Of a DNA stretch of 64,000 nt, positions 49,754 to 59,317 are shown piece by piece; within the stretch, counting starts at the first letter, position 1; each line of letters opens with the position of its first letter. The notes beneath the pieces are model-generated. The model did not search any database and was not told the origin of the DNA. It saw nothing but the letters and a program-made list of their open reading frames with translations. Position numbers and translations under genes: made by a program. The stretch is from Longimicrobiales bacterium (GTDB taxonomy: Bacteria; Gemmatimonadota; Gemmatimonadetes; Longimicrobiales; Gaopeijiaceae): positions 2,336,001-2,400,000 of the forward strand of contig CBDAON010000004.1 of assembly GCA_965198065.1 (NCBI GenBank). The letters are read 5' to 3'.

Positions 49754-51820
49754 GTGACCGTCGCGACGCAGCCCGAGGGGGGCAAGAAGCAGGCGACCCT
49801 CTCGAGGGAGCTGTCCGAGTTCCTGATCGGGCTCTCGATCGCCGTCCATCGGTTTGCCATGTACCCGGGCGACCATCCGTCGCTGGCGCCGGCGGCCGAA
49901 AAGGTGATTACGGCGTTGGCGGACCTCCTCCAGGCGCGCCCCGCCCTCGCCCTGGGCGTGGCGCAGAAGCAGCTCATGGTCGAGGGCGTGGCCACGGACG
50001 AGCGTCATCCCGTGCTGTCGGACCTCGCCCGCCGGCTGCACTCCCATCAGCTTGGGGCGCTCAGCTTCACCAGTGGCACGACGCTCCAGGAGATCGAGCA
50101 GCTGCTTCGTACCCTCTCGGTCGAGCCAGAGCGGGGCGGCCGCCCCCTCGGGCTGCTCCCCGAGGAGACGCGTCCGACCTGGGAGCACGTGAAGCTTCTC
50201 TCAGTCGGGTACGAACGGCTCGAGCTCAAGGACTCGAGGGTTACCGGCGGCGACCGAGCCAAATCCCAGCAGCTCTGGCTCGGCCTGGCGCGGGCCGCCC
50301 TCGAGGACGAGGGGCTGGATCTGGACGACCTTCCCGATGGGGGGGCTTTGGCCGGGGTGATCCAGGCCCGCGGCGGGGACTCCAAGTACGAGCAGGTCAT
50401 CGTGAGCTATCTGCTTCAGATGGCCGAGGAGCTTCGCGGGGGGGAGGGGGCGGACGCGGCAGAGATCCGAGAGAAGATGTCCGAGCTGATTCGGGAGCTG
50501 GACGAGGACACGATCAAGCGGATGATCGAGCTGGGAGGGGCCCGGTCGGACCGCACCCGCTTCGTCCGTGACGCCAGCCAGGGAGGCTTGGCGGTGGACA
50601 CGGTGGTCAAGGTTCTCCAGGCGGCGGCCGAGGCGGATGGCCAGTCGATCTCGTCGTCGCTGACTCGCCTGCTTGCGAAGCTCTCTGCCCTCTCCGGGGA
50701 TGGCGCGAATACGCTCCGCGCCGAGGCAGAGTCGGCCGTTCGCGAGCACGTGGAGTCCCTCATCTCCGACTGGGAGCTCGACGATCCCAATCCCGACGCC
50801 TACACCCAGATCCTGGACGGGATGGCGCGCGCGGCGCCGGCGCTCTCGGTCCAGCTCGACGAGGAGCGGGAGGTGCCCGGCTCGGAGCGGGTGATCCAGA
50901 TGGCCCTCGAGTCGGACGCGTTCGGGGCCACCGTCCAGAAGGCGGTAACGGAGCTTATCGACCAGGGCGGAGTGGGCCGCCTGATCGAGCTTCTAGACGC
51001 CGCCCCTGAGGGGAGCCAGGTGGCGGATCGGCTGCGGTCCCACCTCATGACGCCTGTTCAGCTCAAGCGGATGCTGGCCGGGGACGACGTGGACGAGGAT
51101 AACCTCCGGATCCTCGTGGATCGGCTGGGGTCCCACGCCATCGATCCCCTCTTCCAGTACCTCACGGAATCCGAGTCGCGCGCCGTCCGTCGCAAGATCT
51201 TCGACACGCTCGTGCGCCTGGGAGACAGCATCGCCGACGTGGCCGTAACCCGGCTCCGGGACGAGCGGTGGTTCGTGAAGCGGAACATCCTGGCCCTCTT
51301 CCAACGTCTGGAGAACCTTCCCGAGGGACTTTCGCTGCTCCCGTACCTCCAGCATCCGGACGCGCGCGTGCGTCGCGAGGCGTTCCTGGTCTCGTTCCGC
51401 ATGCCGACGATTCGGGAGCGCGGGATCGCGTCGGCGATGGCCGACACGGACGAGCGCGTCGTGCGCATGGCGCTTCTCGAGGTGCAGGAGGAGCTTCCGG
51501 AGACCGTCGTCCCGGTCGTCGTGGGGCGTGTCCTCGAATCGGAGTCGCTCCGGCCGCTCAGGAGCCTCGCCGTCAGGGCGCTCGGAAACTCCGGATCGGC
51601 GCTGGCGCTGGAGACCCTGCTGAACGTCAGCTCCAGGGGGCGAACCCTTCTCGGAAAGCCTCGCCTGGCGCCCAAGTCGCCCGAGCTCCTGGCGGCCCTC
51701 TCGGCCCTCGCCGGTGGCTGGCGGAGCGAGCCCAGAGCCAAGGGGATCCTGGCCGTCGCGGAGCGGTCGAAGGATCTTCAGGTGCAGGCAGCGTCTCAAG
51801 GCGGAGGGAACGCGGGATGA
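49754..51820 (+). CDS. HEAT-repeat protein with uncharacterised N-terminal domain
   Basis: ESRAVRRKIFDTL, DERWFVKRNIL, HPDARVRREA, DTDERVVRMAL helical repeats. Confidence 0.85.
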   Translation: MTVATQPEGGKKQATLSRELSEFLIGLSIAVHRFAMYPGDHPSLAPAAEKVITALADLLQARPALALGVAQKQLMVEGVATDERHPVLSDLARRLHSHQLGALSFTSGTTLQEIEQLLRTLSVEPERGGRPLGLLPEETRPTWEHVKLLSVGYERLELKDSRVTGGDRAKSQQLWLGLARAALEDEGLDLDDLPDGGALAGVIQARGGDSKYEQVIVSYLLQMAEELRGGEGADAAEIREKMSELIRELDEDTIKRMIELGGARSDRTRFVRDASQGGLAVDTVVKVLQAAAEADGQSISSSLTRLLAKLSALSGDGANTLRAEAESAVREHVESLISDWELDDPNPDAYTQILDGMARAAPALSVQLDEEREVPGSERVIQMALESDAFGATVQKAVTELIDQGGVGRLIELLDAAPEGSQVADRLRSHLMTPVQLKRMLAGDDVDEDNLRILVDRLGSHAIDPLFQYLTESESRAVRRKIFDTLVRLGDSIADVAVTRLRDERWFVKRNILALFQRLENLPEGLSLLPYLQHPDARVRREAFLVSFRMPTIRERGIASAMADTDERVVRMALLEVQEELPETVVPVVVGRVLESESLRPLRSLAVRALGNSGSALALETLLNVSSRGRTLLGKPRLAPKSPELLAALSALAGGWRSEPRAKGILAVAERSKDLQVQAASQGGGNAG

Positions 51821-51857
51821 ACGATCTAGCGACTGGATGCCGAGGGACGGGCTTCTC

Positions 51858-52952
51858 GTGACGGCCCCGGTCCGGTTCCTGACGTCTCTTGCCCAGGCCT
51901 TCGCGGCCATGGGCCTCTACAAGGATGGCCACCCCGCGCGGGCCCGGGCGCTCGACGCGGTCTTCCAGCACGTGCAAGAGCTCCAGGAGCTCGATCCGCT
52001 GCCTGAGTTCACGTTCCTCGCCGGTGAGGTCCTGTACGGCAACGAGCCGCTTTGGGACCTGAAGGGGTGGGACTGGGCGGACCGGCTGGCCGCTGTGGGC
52101 GTCCAGCGGCTGGCTCTCACCGGGCCGGTCTCGCTCGGCGACGTCGAGCTCTTTCTCGAAGACGTGATGGGACGGGTGTCGGGAGAACCGAAACCCTCGG
52201 CCGAGGCGGTCGTGCGCTCGCTAGCCGTGGCGATGCACGGCGACCATCAGTTCCTCATCCCGCTCCTTCAGCTGAAGGAGTTCGATCAGTACACGACCAC
52301 CCACGCCCTGAACGTCTCGATCCTCGCGATGGCGTCGGCCGAGTTCATCGGCCTCGGCGCGGGGGAGGTGCGGACCTTCGGGATCTCGGGACTCCTCCAC
52401 GATGTGGGGAAGACGCGGATTCCGCCCGAAATCCTGAACAAGCCGGGGAAGCTCACCGACGAGGAGCGTGAGGTGATGAACGGGCACCCGGTGGACGGGG
52501 CCCGAATCATCATTGAGACCGACCATCAGCTCGATCTGGCCGCTGTGGTTGCGTACGAGCACCACATCCGGATCGACGGAGGTGGGTACCCAGCTCTCGC
52601 CTACCCCCGCTCGTGTCACCAGTGCAGCAATCTGGTGCACGTTTGCGACGTATTCGACGCGCTCCGAACGGATCGCCCCTATCGGGACGCGTGGGAGCAT
52701 CAGCGCGTGATCGACTACGTGCGAGAGGGCCTTGGGAAAGAGTTCGAGTCCGAGCTGGGGCGCCAGTTCCTCACCATGATGGAGCACTGGGAAACCAGGA
52801 TCACGACGATCCGGAGCGAGGACAAACCTCTTCCGATCGCGGCGGCCGGTGCGGAAGGTGCCGAGCAGGGGGCGGAAGGCGCCGAGCAGGGAGGGGAGCC
52901 GACGAGTGGCCCGGGCGGGGGGACCGGGGAGTCGGAGGGCCCAGCCTCCTAG
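51858..52952 (+). CDS. HD-GYP domain phosphodiesterase
   Basis: YTTTHALNV, LLHDVGK, HHIRIDGGGYP, DVFDALRTDRPYR. Confidence 0.9.
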   Translation: MTAPVRFLTSLAQAFAAMGLYKDGHPARARALDAVFQHVQELQELDPLPEFTFLAGEVLYGNEPLWDLKGWDWADRLAAVGVQRLALTGPVSLGDVELFLEDVMGRVSGEPKPSAEAVVRSLAVAMHGDHQFLIPLLQLKEFDQYTTTHALNVSILAMASAEFIGLGAGEVRTFGISGLLHDVGKTRIPPEILNKPGKLTDEEREVMNGHPVDGARIIIETDHQLDLAAVVAYEHHIRIDGGGYPALAYPRSCHQCSNLVHVCDVFDALRTDRPYRDAWEHQRVIDYVREGLGKEFESELGRQFLTMMEHWETRITTIRSEDKPLPIAAAGAEGAEQGAEGAEQGGEPTSGPGGGTGESEGPAS

Positions 52953-54988
52953 TCGTGGGAGCTGCGGAAGATATCGGCCAGACGGGGAAGGGCGCTTCGT
53001 AGCGGGTCCATGAGCTTCGGGTCGAACTGCGAGCCGGCCCGCTCCGTGATCTGGGCCACGGCGTCGTCCCAGGGGAGCTGAGGGCGATACGCCCGGTGGC
53101 TCGTCATCGTGTCCAGCGAGTCCGCGACCGCGACGACCCGAGCCGGGACGGGAATGGCCTCCCCCGCGAGGCCGTCTGGGTACCCCTGTCCGTCCCAGCG
53201 CTCGTGGTGCCAGCCGGTAACAGCCAGCACGATGTCGTCACCGAGGAGCGGCTCCAGGATCCGGCGACCGGTACGAGGGTGCTTCTTCACCTGAGCAAAC
53301 TCCTCTGCACTGAGCTGCCCTTCCTTGTTTAGGATCGCGTCCGAGACTCCGATCTTCCCCACGTCGTGGAGCTCGCACCCCAGCCGGAACAGATCCAGAT
53401 CGAAGGAGCCTCCGTCGAGCTCCAGAACCTCGGCGAAGGCCACGCCGTACAGCGCAACCCGTTCGGAGTGTCCTCGCGTGTACGGGTCCCACACCTCCAC
53501 CGCGGTCACGAGCGCCCGCGCCCCCTTCAGGACCGCTTCGCGGGCTTCGTCCGTGCGCCTGCGGCCTCCTCCGACAGCTGACGGCGGGCGCGCCGCTCCG
53601 CCAGATGACGGTCCCTCCGCGCGATCACGTCCACGAGATGCGACTGAAGTTCCGGCATGCCGAAAGGCTTGAACAGGTAGCGATCCGCCCCGGCGTTTAG
53701 CGCTTCCGCCGCCACCTGCGCGTCCCGGAAGCCGGTGATCACGATGACCTGGGTATGGGGCCAACGGGCCTTCACCGCCGTAACCAGCTCGTTTCCGGAT
53801 GGCCCCGGGAGCCGGATGTCGGTGATGACGACGTCGAACTCCCGGCCCAGGGCCTTGATCCCTTGCGGGGCGTCCGGGACCTCAGTGACCGAAAAGCCCT
53901 CCCTCGCGAGAAACTTGGAGATCAGTGTACGCACGGAGGACTCGTCCTCCACCAGGAGGACGTGCCGTCCGGACCCGAACTTCGTGAACTGGTGGGGAAG
54001 CATGGTCACCGGGGGGCGGGACTTCCCGATCTCCTCGGAGGTGCGCGGGTACTCGGCCGCTGGGCCCTCCGGCTTCAAGGCGGCAGGGGCCGCTTCGTCC
54101 TGGGCGTCCGCATCGGGCATCACGAGGTCGAGCGGGCGACCGAAGATGCGGACGCAGTTCCGCCCGTCCTGCTTGGCCCGGTAGAGGGCGAGGTCCGCGG
54201 CGGCAATCAGCTCATCGGGCGAGCGCATCGAGGGGTGATACGCCGCGACCCCGGCGCTCACGGTGAGCGTGCCGTTGGAGAGGCGTAGGGAAGCGAGCGT
54301 CTCCCGCACACGCTCGGCGAAGACCAGCGCGCCCTCCTCGTCCGAGCCGGCAAGGACGGTGAGAAACTCCTCCCCCCCAAAGCGGCTGGACAGGTTCATC
54401 CTGCGCGTGGTGGACGCTAGGATCTCCGCGAACTCGCGAAGGCCTTCGTCTCCTGCCTGGTGCCCGTGGCGATCGTTGTACGCCTTGAAGTTGTCTAGGT
54501 CGAAGAGGATGACGGAGAGGAGCCGGCCGCGCTCCGCCGCCCCGAACTCGCTCTCGAGGAAGCCGCGGGCATGGCGGCGGTTCGGGAGGTGCGTGAGGAT
54601 GTCCGTGAGGGCCATGTCCTCCACGTCCGCCCGCTCGCGGTGAAGCATCTCCCGTCACCCACCCGATCCCCACGGAGATCCCGAGGTACACGACGACGAT
54701 CCAGAAGAGGAGGTCGGGGATCGCGCGGCCGAGCAGGGTCGCCATCACCTGCGTGAGGGAGATCGCGGCCATCCCCATCGCCAGGGCCGTGGCCACGCCC
54801 CTCCAACCTCGATAATAGGCGAGGAGGAACGCCGGGATCAGTGCGACGAGCCAGAGCAGGGCGCCGGCCTCGCCCAGCGTCTCGGGAAACCCGAGAGCAC
54901 CCACGACGGGGACGGCGAGCGCGCCGACGGAGAACCCCAGGGCCCGTAAGGGCACCTCTCTACCGGCGTAGGGTGAGGATTCAGCCAT
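52949..54988 (-). CDS. Membrane-anchored GGDEF + receiver + HD-GYP protein, frameshifts near 54652 and 53560
   Basis: About 4 TM helices; DLDNFKAYND...RFGGEEF; LLVEDE...VITDIRLP...YLFKPF; HDVGKIG...HHERWDGQGYP across three frames. Confidence 0.85.
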
Positions 54989-55182
54989 CCGCGTCCGTCG
55001 TCACCCTCCGGTCGGCCCGAGATCCGCGTCTCCCCTCGGCTCCCCGGGTCGCCGCGCTCCTCTAGGTTGGGCGCACGAAGGTGGCCTCGGGGCAGGGAAT
55101 GGCGGAGAATATGCGGTTTGGGTCCCGAATTCGACAGCCGCGCCGACCCCTAGGCGGACCCGAATGACCCCCGGCCCCCCGG

Positions 55183-57279
55183 TCAAAGGTGGTCCCACCA
55201 GAGGGGGTCGATCGAGAGGATCGCTTGCCACTCGCCGCCGTTCCAGCCGCGAGCGGCCTCCACGAGGAGGATGTCCCAGAACAGCCCGACCCCGATCGAA
55301 AAGGTGGACCTGACACCGTCCGTCTCCGCGGCATCCCACCGAGAGAGGACATCCGCGTCCGCGCCCCCCGACCACCCGGAGTGGACGGCGCCTCGAAGCC
55401 GAAGGAGAGGCGTTCCGAGGTCGGTGGAAGCCTCCAGCGAAGCCGCGGCCGCATGCTGACCTGCGAACCGGTGGAACGGGTATCCGGGCAGCGTTCCCCG
55501 GCCGCCCAGGAGGCGATGCCCCTGGGGAATGGGGTCCCCGAGCCAGCTCCATTCGCGAGCCCGGAGCGCCAGCTCCCGCTCGCCCGACGGTGGCCCCCAG
55601 ATGGCCTCGAGTGCCAGGGCGACTGCCCAACCTGCCCCCGGGCCGCCGGCGAGAACGTCCAGACCGGCGTCCACCGTGCCCCGGCCCGAGCCCGGCCAGG
55701 ACACGGCCTCCTCGACTCGGGCTCCCGCCCTCAGGAAATCTCCCTCCGCGATGGCCCGTACGGGTCGGAACGATCGGCCCGAGGCGAGTGGCGCGCTTCG
55801 GACGAGAAGCTTGGCGTTTTCGGCGCGCTCCCATCCGAGGGCGAAGGAGAAGCGGCGTTCTGTGCTCGAGGTCCTGGCCAGCTGGAGATGGACGCCGGAG
55901 GCGTAGAACGGGTCCCGGTAGTCCTCTGCACGGACGAGGGCCGCCAGGCTCGATAGGAGGGGGTCGCTCCCCGGAGTGAGCCCCAGGTCGCTGAACGCCT
56001 TCCGGCTCGCCCCTACTTCGGCGGTGGTCTCCGGCCCGATCGCGAGCTCGACTCCCAAAGTTCCGTGCGGGTCCTCCGGCTCGACACGGTAACCGGCGTG
56101 GCCGCGCACGGTCACGCTCCCTCCCGGCCGGAAGGCGGCTCCCGCGCCCAGAGCCAGCCCCTCCGTCCGGGAAAAGTGGATCAGGGAGGAGAAGCCCGGG
56201 AGGTGGAGGCGCAGGGGAGAGAGCCCCGAGGACGGCTGGCCCCTCGCCAGCTCCATGGCCCTGGCCCGAAGCTCCCGGGGATCGGCGTCCACCACGACGT
56301 CGGAGAGCCCGTCCCGGGCCAGCCCGTCGAAGAGGCCGACGGGGAACTCGTACGCCCTCCGGGCCGCAACGGGCTCGGCAGTCACGGGCTCAAGGCTCGC
56401 CAGCGCGTCGGGCAGGGCGACGTTCAGCTGGTAATCCCCAGTTCGAAGGACCGCTCGGATGACCGTGCCCACGCCGATGTCGAGCTCGGGGATCTCTCGC
56501 CGGACTTCGATCCGCTGGAGGTTCGGGAGCCAGTAGAGTCCCTCCCACAGCCCGTAGTCCAGGTCGACCGAGATCCTGTCCGTGCGAGGGTCCACATACG
56601 ACGCGGGCGTGAACGTGAACGCCATCCGTACGATCTGGGCGGAACGCTGGTCCACGGTGACGGAGCCGATGATTCCCGGCGCGGCGGGATCGACGGGACG
56701 GACGTCCAGCTCGTACAGTGTCAGGGGCTCAGGTCGTCCCGGTAGCCGCAGCGAGAGGGAGTCCGCGAGGCGGAACTCGTACGGCTCCCCGCCGAGGCCC
56801 TCCTCGTCGAGGGGGGCGAAGGGGTGAGGAACGCCCGCCACGTCCCTTCCGGCGCCGACCCGGATCTCGTTCCCGAGCCCGTGCTGGACCAGGGTCAGCC
56901 GATCCACGTAATAGCGGAAATTGCGGACGGGGAGCCGGGTTTCGCTCCGCTCTCCGAGCATGTGCTGCTGGACCAAGTCCGGCGCTTGCCAGCGGAGCTC
57001 TACGGCGACCTGATCCACGCGGATGAGCGCGCGCTGGCCCACCTCCGGGTCCACGAAGAAGTAGATGTGCCCCTGCGTGAGCGCCCGATAGCTCCGGAGC
57101 GTCCCGTCCTGGACGAGGGTGGCCCGTGCCGCTCGGGCCCGCCCCACCAGCGCGAGGACCCGCTCCGAGCTCCAACTCTCCTCGATCTCGGCCGCCCCCT
57201 GCCCGGCGGCGGCCCCGGGAAGGGCGATCGAAGCGGCAATCGCGACCCGGATTGCCAGATGGGATCCGAGACGGTGCAT
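55183..57279 (-). CDS. Hypothetical exported / outer-membrane beta-barrel-like protein
   Basis: Signal peptide, long ORF with typical codon use, LGGRGTLPGYPFHRFAG and alternating beta-strand C-terminus. Confidence 0.7.
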   Translation of the reverse strand: MHRLGSHLAIRVAIAASIALPGAAAGQGAAEIEESWSSERVLALVGRARAARATLVQDGTLRSYRALTQGHIYFFVDPEVGQRALIRVDQVAVELRWQAPDLVQQHMLGERSETRLPVRNFRYYVDRLTLVQHGLGNEIRVGAGRDVAGVPHPFAPLDEEGLGGEPYEFRLADSLSLRLPGRPEPLTLYELDVRPVDPAAPGIIGSVTVDQRSAQIVRMAFTFTPASYVDPRTDRISVDLDYGLWEGLYWLPNLQRIEVRREIPELDIGVGTVIRAVLRTGDYQLNVALPDALASLEPVTAEPVAARRAYEFPVGLFDGLARDGLSDVVVDADPRELRARAMELARGQPSSGLSPLRLHLPGFSSLIHFSRTEGLALGAGAAFRPGGSVTVRGHAGYRVEPEDPHGTLGVELAIGPETTAEVGASRKAFSDLGLTPGSDPLLSSLAALVRAEDYRDPFYASGVHLQLARTSSTERRFSFALGWERAENAKLLVRSAPLASGRSFRPVRAIAEGDFLRAGARVEEAVSWPGSGRGTVDAGLDVLAGGPGAGWAVALALEAIWGPPSGERELALRAREWSWLGDPIPQGHRLLGGRGTLPGYPFHRFAGQHAAAASLEASTDLGTPLLRLRGAVHSGWSGGADADVLSRWDAAETDGVRSTFSIGVGLFWDILLVEAARGWNGGEWQAILSIDPLWWDHL

Positions 57280-57452
57280 GGAGGTCTGCGCAAACGCCAA
57301 AGGGACCTCGGGGAGTCAGGACTCCGGCGACCCCGCCAACGGGCACCGGAATTTGGTTAAACTACTCCCGCCGAAACAACCGAGCCCAGGGCCGGGCCGT
57401 GACCCGCTGCCCCCGGCCGTAACGTACCCCCGGCGGGCATCCGCATCCGCGC

Positions 57453-59078
57453 TTGCCCGCCCCACGTCAGGGAGAGCGTCTCCGCTTGTCCGTCGCGCTC
57501 GAGAAGGAGGTCCTCCGACGGAGGACCTTCGCCATCATCAGCCACCCCGACGCCGGGAAGACCACCCTCACCGAGAAGCTCTTGCTCTACGGTGGGGCCA
57601 TCCACCTCGCTGGCTCGGTCCGCGCGCGCAGGGCGGCCCGCCATGCCACGTCGGACTGGATGCAAGTGGAGCGGGAGCGGGGAATCTCCGTTACGTCCAG
57701 CGTGCTCCAGTTCGAGTGGAGAGGCTTCCAAGTGAATCTCCTCGACACGCCCGGCCACCAGGACTTCTCGGAAGATACCTACCGCACCCTGGTCGCGGCG
57801 GACTCCGCGGTCATGCTCCTCGACAACCGGAAGGGGGTGGAGGAGCGCACGCGCCGGCTTTTCGAGGTCTGTAAGCTCCGGCGGATCCCGATCGTCACCT
57901 TCGTGAACAAGTGCGACCGGGTGGGTGTGCCGCCCCTCCAGCTCCTGGACGACGTGGAGGCGGAGCTCGGCATCCGCTTCGCGCCCGTCACCTGGCCCGT
58001 CTCCGACGGGACAAACCTCGTGGGCGTCTATGACCGGGACGCGTCCGAGGTGCGCCTCTTCCGGCGGAGCGCTGACCACGGGCAGTCCAGGGCCGGGGAG
58101 GAGTCCGTAGTGCTCTCGGATCCGTCGTTCCGGGAGCGCCTCGGGCCCCAGGTCCACGCACGTCTCGTGGAGGAGCTCGAGCTCCTCGAGCAGGCCGGCG
58201 CTCCCTTCGACGAGGCCGCGTTCCTTGAGGGCGGCCTGACGCCGGTCTTCTTCGGGAGCGCGCTCACCAACTTCGGTGTCGAGCGGTTCCTCGCCTGGTT
58301 CCTCCAGCACGCGCCGCCTCCGGGCCCGCGGGCGACCGAGCGGGGAGAGGTGGCGCCGCTCGACCCCCGCTTCAGCGGGTTCGTCTTCAAGATTCAGGCG
58401 AACATGGACCCCAGGCACCGGGACCGGGTCGCGTTCCTCCGGGTGTGCTCCGGAAGGTTCGAGGCCGGCTCGACGGTGACGAATACCCGCTCCGGGAAGA
58501 CCGTCCGGCTCGCCCGCCCGCAGCAGTTCTTCGCCCGGGAGCGAGAGGCGGTGGAAACCGCTTGGCCGGGGGACGTCGTGGGGGTCCACGACCGCGGAGG
58601 CCTCCGGATTGGGGACACCCTCTCCGAGGGTGGAGAGGTCGCCTTCGACCCAATCCCCTCCTTCGCCCCCGAGCACTTCGCCCGAGTAGAGGTTTCCGAT
58701 CCCCTGAGACGGAAGCACCTGGATAAAGGGCTCGTCGAGCTGTCGGAGGAAGGTGCCGTGCAGGTGTTCCACGAGGACGAGGCCGGCGCGCCCCGACCCG
58801 TTATCGGAGCTGTGGGCCCCCTCCAGTTCGAGGTCCTCGTGCATCGGCTGGAGAGCGAGTACGGTGTTGCGGCTCGCTTGGAGCCCCTCCACTTTGCGGA
58901 CGCCCGGTGGGTGACGGGGCCAGATGAGGAGATCCGACGAGTAGCTGGAGGATACGACTGCGCCCTCGTGAGGGACTGGAACGAGCGGCCCCTTCTGCTC
59001 TTTCGAAGCGAGTGGGTCCGTCGGACCACGGAAGAGCGGGAGAAGAAGCTCGGGTTCCACACCGTCGCGCCGGGCTAG
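57453..59078 (+). CDS. prfC: Peptide chain release factor 3
   Basis: RRTFAIISHPDAGKTTLTEKLLL, DTPGHQDFSEDTYR, FKIQANMDPRHRDR. Confidence 0.97.
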   Translation: MPAPRQGERLRLSVALEKEVLRRRTFAIISHPDAGKTTLTEKLLLYGGAIHLAGSVRARRAARHATSDWMQVERERGISVTSSVLQFEWRGFQVNLLDTPGHQDFSEDTYRTLVAADSAVMLLDNRKGVEERTRRLFEVCKLRRIPIVTFVNKCDRVGVPPLQLLDDVEAELGIRFAPVTWPVSDGTNLVGVYDRDASEVRLFRRSADHGQSRAGEESVVLSDPSFRERLGPQVHARLVEELELLEQAGAPFDEAAFLEGGLTPVFFGSALTNFGVERFLAWFLQHAPPPGPRATERGEVAPLDPRFSGFVFKIQANMDPRHRDRVAFLRVCSGRFEAGSTVTNTRSGKTVRLARPQQFFAREREAVETAWPGDVVGVHDRGGLRIGDTLSEGGEVAFDPIPSFAPEHFARVEVSDPLRRKHLDKGLVELSEEGAVQVFHEDEAGAPRPVIGAVGPLQFEVLVHRLESEYGVAARLEPLHFADARWVTGPDEEIRRVAGGYDCALVRDWNERPLLLFRSEWVRRTTEEREKKLGFHTVAPG

Positions 59079-59317
59079 GGATGGACTGTGGCTCCAGCTC
59101 CGAGGCGGCAACCTCCTGAGCCGTCCGGCCCCCCCGCCCGTGGACGGGCGCTCGGGGCCTCGCGCTGCGTCATGAAACGAGCCTTCCTACGTCGCCCGAT
59201 TCGTTGCCCTGCGTCGAGTTCCTCACATACCTTCTCCACGGAGTCTTCGTTTTCCCGGAGCTTCGTGTTCGCACCATGGTCGGGCGCACTCGAACCTCCC
59301 AGACGAGGCACGTTCCC

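Noticed and set aside
52851..52893. 21-bp tandem duplication
   Set aside because: Encodes AEGAEQG twice in a disordered C-terminal tail; ordinary slippage.
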